DNA of 64,000 nucleotides from Negaprion brevirostris (taxonomy: Eukaryota), in NCBI GenBank assembly GCA_030324005.1, contig JARDVH010000124.1, forward strand, positions 50,895,029-50,959,028, in the 5' to 3' direction. Positions within the stretch are counted from its first letter, which is position 1, and every line of letters starts with the position of its first letter. Under the pieces are notes generated by a model, which saw only the letters and a program-made list of their open reading frames with translations, was not told where the DNA came from and ran no database searches. The position numbers were made by a program, and so were the translations under genes. Positions 37,026 through 47,126 of this stretch are shown here, piece by piece.

Positions 37026-37140
37026 AGAGAGGGTGGGGTGGGGGTGGGGGGCCAAGTGCGCGCACGAGGGAGGGCGAGGGGGCCGAGCGCACGAGGGAGG
37101 GGACAGGGTGTGTGTGGGAGGGATGGGGTGAGGGAGAAAG
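37026..37140 (+). other. G-rich tract with G-quadruplex potential, including two copies of GCGCACGAGGGAGGG
   Basis: GGGTGGGGTGGGGGTGGGGGG plus further G3 runs, directly visible. Confidence 0.75.
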
Positions 37141-39307
37141 AGGTGCCTGTATCCTACATGAGTAAGAACTTTCCAGCATCACTCCTCCCATTAAAATTGG
37201 CAACAGGTAAGACTCCAATATTTTTAGTTAAAGGAGGTTGTAGATCTTGAAATGGGTATTACTTCCAGGGGTTAATATTAAGAATGCACGGGAGGGTGGC
37301 ATCATCAGGAATTAATGAGAGGAGGCCATGTAGCTGGTGAATGTCCTTCTGACTGTGTGCCTCTTCCTAATTCCTAATACATGTACAAGATATAGCCATA
37401 AAGACTTGGCTACACTTGCGCACATTTCTGTGTTCGCACTTATTTTGCAGCAAAAAAAAAAGGGACATCCAAATTGTGAGAATGTTTGGGGTTCCCTGAT
37501 GCACTTGGGCAGTGTTCGCTGCTCAAAAAATTTAGGAAACCCTGACTTTTGTAAATACATGCAAAAAGCATAAGTATTTCAAAATTAAATGAAAACATCA
37601 GCCTACTTTTAAAAAGTATTGAAAAAGGAGATGCAAGTCCCAGTCATTTCATTGCAAAAGTTCAGCTAGATGAAGGGATTAAGGTCTCTTACTATTCTAT
37701 ACAAACTGAAGGAGAGCTCTTTTGTATTACTTCTACGCTTTGGTGATCTGTCCTGCAGTATGAAAACTTCCACAACCACCATACATTGCTTTTCACATTG
37801 GATCCAATATTCTCAGTACGGCCTGCTAAAAATCAATCTGTGCTTTGGGTGCTCTTAAGACATTTCAATTTTTTTTAAAAAATCGAAACCATCCTTTTGC
37901 AACAAGCCCTTAAACTGGCAGATGTAGAACGGAGTCAACCCACAGCCAGAATAAATGTTGACAGCTGCCAACAGGGACTGTGTTTAAAATGCACTATTAC
38001 CTTCAAGTTCCAGACAAAACCACTTCCTCAGGTATGTTCAGTTTCGCCAAACAGCACCACCCATTTACTGTATAATATTCCCACAAATGCCAAGCAAACC
38101 AGCAGTAAGCGCAGTGTGAATTAATTTCTGTTTGAAATAGTGATGGGAGCACAAATATGTATTTTTAATGTTCAATTGAGTTAATAACTGAATAATCATT
38201 TATCAATTTTTCAAATATTTATAATTTGCATGTTAGTGCCTTGACTGGAAATATGGAAGCAGGTTACAGTAGCCCGTTCTATAAACAGAACATGCAATTT
38301 CATGTTGATCACAATGTTCTTGCAACAGGAACATCTATAAATTAATTCAAAGAACTTTTACAACAAATATAATTTCTCAATCAGTAAATTATATTGCGCA
38401 TGAACTCTCAGGGGGATGATAATTCTGAGTCGTCAAACACCCAAAGCAACTGAATCTGTCCGACACAACGTCTGCGCCCCTTCCTTCTGATTTTACCACT
38501 GCAGTCATTAGTTTTAGAATTTATATTCATTTCAGTGCTCAATCTTTAAAAGTGCCTGCACAGCAGAACGTGGAAACCACAGGGAGAAAAAACCTAATTT
38601 GAAAATGATTTTCTCAGCATTAAACAAAGATCATAAATTATTCAGTCCTCTATGTTACACCTCTCCCTCTCTTTCCTGCTAAGGGTAGAGTTGCATTCAG
38701 ATATGCTAAAGCATTCTATTTTCAATTCCAAAATTTTCTGCCATAATCCCATGATCTCCCTACGATCAACCCTCTTTACATACAAAGAAATACCAAGAGT
38801 GCCATCTGTACCTAGTTTATACCTAAAAGTTATCCAAACTCTTGAGCCTCAACAGTTTTTTTTTCATTTCATCCGTTTCCTTTCAATGTCGTCTCCATCT
38901 TTTCAGAGGTGTTTGTGCTCAGATGATCTCAAATAACTTTGTCCAAATGGCAATTCTTGACATGACCCTCAAATATCACACTAGCAGGTTATATGACTCT
39001 CAACGGGACTGCAGCTGAAGTCCAAGTATTTTAACTTTGCAGCTTCACGTAATGATTAGGGACTAAAATTCTGGGAGGTGTTCGGGTATAGGCGCTAAAA
39101 TGAACTGTAGTACTGGCTGAGTTTAGCCCAGGTTAGAGTTGCAGGAGAATTACAATTGATTATATTAAGTACAATTTACAATAGTTTGGAAGAACAAAAA
39201 TTGTTATATCTTTACAAGAACCTCCCAACTTACGAGACTTATTCCTTGAAATTGTACAGAAACAGGATGACTTTAATAGTGGACATTAACTGGTCCCAGA
39301 GATGTGT

Positions 39308-39450
39308 AAAAAAAACTGTAGATGCTAGAAATGTGAAGGGAAAAAAACAGAAAACGATGAAACAACCCAGCAAGTCAGACTGTATCCATGGAGGAATCAC
39401 GCAAGTTAACATTGCAAGTGAAATGATCTGAACAGAAGCACCTGAAACTT
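39308..39450. mobile_element. Degenerate PLE terminal-repeat fragment
   Basis: aaactgtagatgctagaaatgtga...cccagcaagtcagac...gttaac resembles 28140-28280 and 40290-40385. Confidence 0.5.
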
Positions 39451-40289
39451 GTTTACTTTCTCTATTTGTGAAATAACATTACACATCTTGGCCAATTGTG
39501 ATGATATGCAGTTTGCCACTTATAAATAAATGTAATCTTTTAATACCTTTGAAGTTAAATGAACAGAAGTTCATCTTAAGCAATGGGGCACTGAATTAGG
39601 AAATCTTGCACAAGTTCAACTTATAATAATTCTTTTAATATCAGAATACCACAATCATCATTTAATTATTGATCATGTAAAATCACTATATGACTTGAAA
39701 TTAATAAACAAGATTGTTCATGAAACTGAAAGACGACAGACACACTTCTACATCTAATACACCAGTGAAATAACACAGTTGTCACTTGAACAGCTGTACA
39801 TTTGCAACTGTTTGCCAAATGACTGAGTTTTTCAGGTTCATTACTGCATCTGTATGTATTCCTATGTTGATTTTATAGCACCAGTACCGTAGCACACAAA
39901 CAGAGACCCACAACTATCACTATTATCTGGCAGTGTGCCATGAGCTCTCATTGCATCTGTTGAAGGGCCAGTTAAGATAATGAAAAACACAGGTGCCTGT
40001 CATCAACCACAGTTCTTGCAAGACATGAGCAGTTAGGTCCTCAACATTGCTAAAGGCACAGTGTTCGACTTTTAAGCTGGTAATTTGCTGGTTTACAATG
40101 ATAGAAGTGCCATGTGCAATGCTCCATGATACAAAGTCTGCAAACAGAAACTGACGATGCGCTATATACAGCATTTTAAAATATACTAGATTTTTAAAAG
40201 ATCAAGAGGAATAAAGACAATTTAATTCGATATGAAACAAACGGAATGCCATTCAGCTCCATCAAAATGGAAAGCTGCTTACATTTATA

Positions 40290-40385
40290 AAAACAGACAA
40301 TGCTGGAAAAACTCAGCAGGTCCGGCAGCTATAGTGGAGAGAGAAACAGTTAACGTCTGGCTTCTTTACAACTTCTTCAGAGTCC
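40290..40385 (-). mobile_element. PLE terminal-repeat fragment
   Basis: aaacagacaatgctggaaaaactcagcaggtccggcagc...gagagagaaacagttaacgt is the reverse complement of the family at 28215-28280. Confidence 0.7.
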
Positions 40386-41599
40386 ATATTTCACTCAATG
40401 TAAAATTGGCAACTCCATATTGCACATTGCTTATGAAAAGTCATCATGTGTTACACCAAAATCAGATGCAGTGACACAACTATCTTCTACTGTATTAAAT
40501 CCTTCACAGCTGTCCATATCATCAGATATCCATACTTCAGCGGGATACACATTTTAAAAAAAGCTGTGATTGCCTGAGCTGTGTATCAAATCTACAATAA
40601 ATATTTGACTAGGCAGTGCAATAAAACGTACAGAAAAGCTGCTTGAATTCAAACATAATTTAACTGTCCAGTTTCTGCGCAACTCAACAGATATGTCCAA
40701 TGTCAGCTTGCCAAATGCTAAAATGATATACAGTCTAGTTGTACAAATGCGCAACAAGATTAAACATAAGTGACCATCGATAAAACAATGAAGAAAATGT
40801 TCCAACCTATAAATACATGAAGCTAACACAGCTGCTAATAGTTGAACAACTGGGACGAGTTTGAACCTGTCTACACACAGTTCTATTAATAAACAAGATC
40901 TTGATGGATCTCTACCCAGAATGCATCGCTGCCACAATGTTAAGCCAGCCAGACACCCAGATTTGCAAGACTTCTGCATTCTTTATAGCCTACACGATAC
41001 TTTGACTACGGAAATGTCTGCAACAACTGTATCCTGTTTTGGGCTTGGTGCAGTAACACATTCCATTCACATGAAAACAGGAAAACAGATGAGCTTCTAC
41101 TGAAAAACCTTCATATTTAAAATCAAATGCTTCAAGCAAGTAGTAACACTGATTTAATTTTAAAGTTATAAACCAGAAAGTTAAATGAATATTGCAACTT
41201 TAAGTATTTATTAATTATAAATATCAACCACAGACCTTTGTAAAGTAAAACTTACGAAACGCCTATTCCCTAAATAACTTTCTAATCACACACTTACCAA
41301 AGCGTATCCTATAAAGAGGACTGTAAATTAAGAATATCTTTGTTATGCAATAAATGTTAATCCTCATGTCTGGTGTGTTATATATTGGTAGAAATTATAA
41401 AATATATCTCCGCTGCAAGCCTCGTCACAGCAATCAATTCTCATTATGCAGACATGTTGGAATGTCAAAGTCCAGCTGCCACCCATTCAGTCAACACATT
41501 CAAGAAAAAGCGGTTACACTTCAATCAGTTATACTAGTGTAGAAAATTCGATTTCCACCTTTTGTTATTTCCTGCTACACGTGTTAAAAATCTCCGCAT

Positions 41600-42600
41600 T
41601 TATTTTATTTCGTATTTCAGTAAGAATTCTGTATCCCAACAGGATTAATTCTGTTATATGTACAGGGCTATCGACGCGGTGTTAAAATAAATCAACCTCA
41701 CCAAGCCGATTTTTGTTCAACAAAAAAAAAGGCACGTTACCCACCTAATGGTCCATTCCAACCCAAACAAGCAGGAACAAAATCCAAAAAGCTATCAGAC
41801 TGCCGGGATTTGCTCTCGGATCTGCAGCTAATGTGCAGTCGAGCTGTCCACGATTACACAGGCCGATATTCAGGCTGCGGATGATAGACTTCCGATCAGA
41901 ACATGCTCACTCGCCGAGTGAGTGAAGCATTTCTGATCAAAGAAAAACGAAAACAAGGCGGCGCGTTACACTCCAGCCCATGCGGTAATTAACGGTCCCA
42001 ACCTGTGAAAACTTCATTAAAAAAATAAGAATCGGATCTTCGAAAAGCTACCGCGAGTGCTTCAGTTGTCTCTTTCTCTCCTTCAAGGCTGAATGCGGAG
42101 AGTGCAGAGGCGGATCACTGATCTCCCTTTGTCATCATTACGTACTGTTAACGAATGAGAAACCCCACAACTGCTGCACTCACTGTAAAGATCTAGGTCA
42201 CGAACATTACACTGCGATTGGCTCTCTAACCAGCTACCCAAAACAGACAGGCGAAAACAAGCAACATTAAATTAATCAACTCGTTTGATGCCATGAGGAC
42301 TTAAGAAGTGAAAGAAATTTTCAAAGTCGACTGCACATGGGCTGATGGCTCGGACGAAGCGGAAAAGGGCGGTGCTTCCCGAACTAAACCCAAGTCACAG
42401 GTGGCAACAGTCACTTACAGCATGAGTCATCTGATTACTCATTGTCGCACTAAGACTTTCAGACAACAGACAAAATCCAGATTAATATTAACGTTCACAA
42501 TTTTCAATTGGCTTCGTTGAAATGTTTCACTTTCCACAACTTTCTGGAGAGACAATTAGCATGTTTTCCCTTTTTAGCGATTAAAAAAAAATCATGCCAC
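41600..42600 (-). promoter_or_regulatory. CpG-rich intronic island; candidate internal JMJD1C promoter or alternative 5' exon
   Basis: Visibly high CpG density against a CpG-depleted background with no recognisable repeat. CCAAT on minus at 42217-42221 and 42507-42511, GC box 42367-42372, AP-1 TGAGTCA 42423-42429, donor-like TAG|GTGGGT at 41745/41744. Confidence 0.65.
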
Positions 42601-43105
42601 GTGGAAATGACTGGCCAGGCCAACATTTATTAACCATGCCTGGCCAGGCCAACATTTATTGACCATGCCTGGCCAGGCCAACTTTTATTGACCATCCCTG
42701 ATTGGCCCCCACAAGGAGGTAATGAGCTGCTTCTTGATTTGCTGCAAACCCTTGTGACTCAAGTACACCCACAGTGCTGTTGGAGAGTTAATTCCAGGAT
42801 TTTGACCCAGTGACAATGAAGAATATATTTCCAAATAACAGTGATGTGCACTGGGTAAAGGGGAAAGGCAGACTTCCAGGTGGTGGTGTTCCCATGCATC
42901 TGCTGTCCATGTCCTTCTAGATGGTAGCAGTCAAGGGTTTGAAAGATGCTGTCCAAGGAACCTTAAGTGCATTCTGTAGATGGTACACATGACTGCCACT
43001 GTGCACAGTAGTAGAGGGAGTGAATATTAATGGATGGGATGCCAAACAAGCGAGCTGCTTTGGCCTGGGCAGTCTTGAATGTCGAGTGTTGTTGGAGCTG
43101 CCCGA
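42595..43105 (-). mobile_element. 3' end of a common shark LINE-like repeat; another short piece on + at about 49705-49795
   Basis: Minus strand tcactgggtcaaaatcctggaattaactctccaacagcactgtgggtgtac...aagaagcagctc...aataaa; the tail matches 49720-49790. Confidence 0.7.
42611..42697. repeat. 29-bp tandem repeat, 3 copies
   Basis: CTGGCCAGGCCAACATTTATTRACCATGC at 42611, 42640 and 42669. Confidence 0.95.
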
Positions 43106-44571
43106 CCTATTGTAAATTATCTTTTTCTTTCAGATATCCTATTTTCCTGTTGTTTTCATAAATTACTTACTAGAGTGGAGGGGAGACAGTGATGGGGGGA
43201 GGGAGGTTTCTAATAATGTAATCCAGGCCAAGGAGGTTGTTGGCTTTTTTGATAGAGTCACTGAACAATTGATTTCATCTCCAACCAGTGCCAAATTTTA
43301 AGGTCAAGCTCTTTATACCCTAAATCAACTATAATTACAATTCAAGTTAACAGCACTCCTTTTGCAGATTTAAGTATATAATACTTGTCATCATTGTATA
43401 CTATAGCTTGGTCCAAGCAACAAACACTGACATGAGGCAATAAAAATAAAATGTTGCACTACACAGCTGGCTAGTTAGCAACTGTGGAGACAGCAGATAA
43501 ATTAATGTTTTGATTTGAAAGTTTAACTTATCTGTTCTAGCAGTATGCAATACATTATTTTTTGTTGTATAATTACAGTGTTATTGAATTGTAATAAATT
43601 ATACTTGCAGCATTGCATTTTATTCATCAGTGTGTGGAAGGATCCAAACACAAGAATGAAAACACTGTCTATAATGGAAGGAGGAATAAACATATTCAGC
43701 CCCAATGAAAACTGATGCTCATACTGTATTCACTTCTGATGATCCAGCATAACTTGACCCTTTTTAAATGGACATCTGGTCCATGCCGAAAAGCGAGCAG
43801 AGATTGTGTGACAACAGCTCTATACCATAAAATGAAACACAGAGCGTTCTTTGTCTGTATGCCTCTATCAGTCCTCTATGAGATCAAGAGCCCACAGTAC
43901 TCCGTATTAACAAATACTCCATGACCTTCAATTACAAACTTGGCAAACTGCCAGGAAATGGTTATAGCGGTAGTGCATAATTAAATTCTGCTGGATTAAC
44001 ACATACAAACCTGTTTATAGCAGGAAATCCATTATCTGCTATAATTATTAAATTAATTCATACATTAAGATAAATTATTGTTAATTCTAATGAACTGTAG
44101 CATTACGAGTTAACTTGACTAATATATTCCACAGCTGTTAGGAAGTGTTACTGTAACAGATTTGTCTGAATCCAGTGCAGCATAGTTAACACACAGACCA
44201 CACCAAATAAAAATGAAAGTTTATTCAAGTAGTCGGCAGAAAAGCTTCGAATGGTAAAGGTCTTGAAAGTACAGAATCCCACGAAAGAAAAATCTTAGAT
44301 ATATGCATTGCTTTTTAAGTTTAAATTCAGTTTGAATTCATTTACATTCTAATGTATACATTATGAAAATAACTTAAAAATTGAAAGAAAAATGCTGTTT
44401 TATCTTTGCGATAACACTGCAAAGTTTGTTAGGAAACAATTTATTAGAATAAGCTGGAGAACCTTTCCCCTCCTTTGGGTAACTTTTTTTTTTAAACAGA
44501 ACATTTCATTTAGTGATTTTACTGAGGCCTAATGAAGTTTCTCAGTTCATGTGATGCTCAAATCGCCAAAA

Positions 44572-45185
44572 ACTTACATTTACATAGCACCTTTGCTATC
44601 TAAAGCCTCAGGTCTTCCAAAGTGCTTTACAGCCAATTAAGTCATTCTTAAGTGTCCTCACTTTTGCAACGCAGGAAACACATCAGCTAATTTGTCCACA
44701 AACAATAATGTGATAATGACCAGATAATACGTTTGAGTTGTTGACTGAGTGTAAATATTGGCAGGAAACCTGGGATTACTCCCGTTTTACTTTGAGCTAG
44801 TACTAAAGAGCAGGTGGTCATGCGAATACTGAAATGACACAGATATATGTAGTGGTAGTGCAGAAATTCTCCCTACAGCGTGAGCAGAAACAGCATGTAA
44901 GAGCCACTCAGAGTATATAATAAACTGTTATTGTTCTAAATTCTTGATTACAGTCATTGGAACCCAGCACTTCTACAGTATCCACTGAGATCTTTTATAT
45001 TTACCCAAAAGGGTAATTGGGGCCTCAGTTGAAGATCTTAAAAGACTATGCCTCTAGCAGTGCAGCACTGCATCAGTATTACACTGATCAGCCTGCATTT
45101 TTGTGCTCAAGTCTCCAGAGTGGAAATTGAATCCATAAACTTTTGACTCAGAAATGAGTGTGCAACAACTAAGCCAAACTGACAC
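44572..45185 (-). mobile_element. Deu-domain SINE, interrupted at about 44800-44970
   Basis: aaagtgctttacagccaattaagt...aataatgtgataatgaccagataat...agcagtgcagcactgcatcagtattacactga...tgtgctcaagtctccagagtgg. Confidence 0.78.
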
Positions 45186-45548
45186 GAAACTCAACTGGGG
45201 AAAGTACCAGAATGTAATGTGACAAATGGATTACATTTGGATGGGGAAAGAGTCAAAATATTCTGGAATGGTGTTAAAGCAAACAAATCTGACAAAAGAT
45301 GAAAATTCATTAAAGAGAAAAGATTAATGAGGGTGAATCTTTGTTAAAAAGTTAATCTTTCTTAGGACTTCTGGATGCTAATTACCAGGCTGAGCATTTC
45401 TACAGTTTTCATTTTGGTCCAGTGCAGGCAGGGGATGGGAAGAAGGTGTTTGTCCCTTCTGTGCCAACATTGTAAACCATAAAAAGTTACAAAAATACCA
45501 CTGCCCATGTCCATTTTTTACATAACCTTTGTATGCATCAGTCACCTG

Positions 45549-45821
45549 TAGAATCCCTACAGTGCAAAAGCAGGCCACTCGGTGCAGAGTCTACGCCTAC
45601 TCTCCAAGAGAGCATTTCATTCAGTCTCTACCCACATATTTTCCTTGCTAATTCCCCTATCTTACACATCTAGGGAGACAGAGGCATGAGCAATTTAGCA
45701 TGGGCAACCAATCTAACGTGCACATCTTTGGACTTTGGGAGAAAACAAGATCACCTGGAGGAAACCCATGCAGACACGGGGAGAATGTGCAAACTCTACA
45801 CAGTCACCCAAGGCTGGAATG
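45549..45821 (-). mobile_element. HE1-type V-SINE, 5'-truncated
   Basis: tagaatccctacagtgc...cacctggaggaaacccatgcagacacggggagaatgtgcaaactc. Confidence 0.88.
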
Positions 45822-46414
45822 AGGTGAAATAATTTTGCTAAAAACATCAACTGATTGGAAAATGAGAAAAATCAACCAATGAATAATATCTAAACAAGGA
45901 TTAATATCTTTGGTAAAAGGAAAAAAATAGAATTAGCATGGTTAAAAAATGGGTCAACGTCTTTGCACTTTCCCTCTCTCTTTTGAAACTTCTCTTTTAG
46001 AGCTTTCCATTAACATCTAAAAATTCCCAAAAGCTGGTTAAAAATGCGAAAAAGGTACATTTTCGAATAGTAAGCAACTTTTAGCCTCAGGTACAACTAA
46101 ACTAACTTTCTCTTGGGTAAAGTTATATTATGTCTCCCAGTTGTCTCTCATTGGAAAATTCCACAAATGTGTGTCAAGTTATCTTTGGGATGTATGTTAT
46201 CTGATCAATTTGTTTTCTGAAAAATTACCATCAAATCACCAGCAATGCATCAACCTGCTAATCTAGATTGTAAATAAATGGAACATGGTCCTCACATATA
46301 AAAAAACTTATCTTTAAACTTGGAAGCTTTTTTTCCCCCCAATTAAAAGGGAAAATAATCAAATAAGGAATGCTCCAATACAGTCAATGTCATAACAATA
46401 TTGATTGGAACCTT

Positions 46415-46817
46415 TATAGGTCAAATAGTTTGAATGGGACACTTTTTGTATAGTGTGTGCAGGAGGATTTCCTGATACAGTATGTGGATAAACTGACAAG
46501 AGGTGGGGCCACATTGGACTTGGTACTGGGTAATGAACCGGGCCAAGTGTTAGATTTGCTTGTGGCAGAGCACTTTGGAGATAGTGACCACAGTTCAGTG
46601 TCCTTCATTATTGCAATGGATAGGGATAGGGTCACACTGCAGGTCAAGGTTTATAATTGGGGCAGAGGTAATTATGATGCAATTAGGCAAGAATTAGGGA
46701 GCATAAGATGGGAACAGAAACTGTCAGACATGGGCACAAGAAAAAGTGGAGCTTTTTCAAGGAACAAATACTGCGTGTCCTTGATAGGTATGTCCCTGGC
46801 AGGCAGGGAGGAAATGG
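46415..46817 (+). mobile_element. Young CR1 fragment (endonuclease C-terminus), running into a gap
   Basis: QEDFLIQYVDKLTRGGATLDLVLGNEPGQV...HFGDSDH. Confidence 0.92.
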
Positions 46818-46917
46818 NNNNNNNNNNNNNNNNNNNNNNNNNNNNNNNNNNNNNNNNNNNNNNNNNNNNNNNNNNNNNNNNNNNNNNNNNNNNNNNNNNN
46901 NNNNNNNNNNNNNNNNN

Positions 46918-47126
46918 ACCGCTGGTCACAGGCCTCCAGTTTGAAAAACAACTCTCTACAATCACCCTCTGGCTTCTGTCAAGAAGCCAATTTTCTGTCC
47001 ATTTAGATACCTCACCCTGGATCCCGTGAGATTTAACTTTATGCAACAACCTACCATGCAATACCTTGTCAAAGGCCTTGCTAAAGTCCATGTAGACAAC
47101 ATCAACTGCACTGCCCTCATCTACCT
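46918..47126 (-). mobile_element. Young CR1 RT fragment on the other side of the gap
   Basis: MDFSKAFDKVLHGRLLHKVKSHGIQGEVSKWTENWLLDRSQRVIVE...VTSG. Confidence 0.92.

Noticed and set aside
40349-40385. Third hammerhead on the minus strand (CTGAAGA...ACGTTAAC)
   Set aside because: The GAAA box is lost (reads CAGA) and stem II does not pair; at most a decayed relic.
40554-41103. 141-aa and 80-aa ORFs near the CpG island
   Set aside because: No recognisable domain, non-ATG or weak starts, and length compatible with chance.
41894-41938. Pre-miRNA call for the hairpin
   Set aside because: At 45 nt with no extended basal stem it is too short for Drosha/Dicer processing; kept only as a structural finding.
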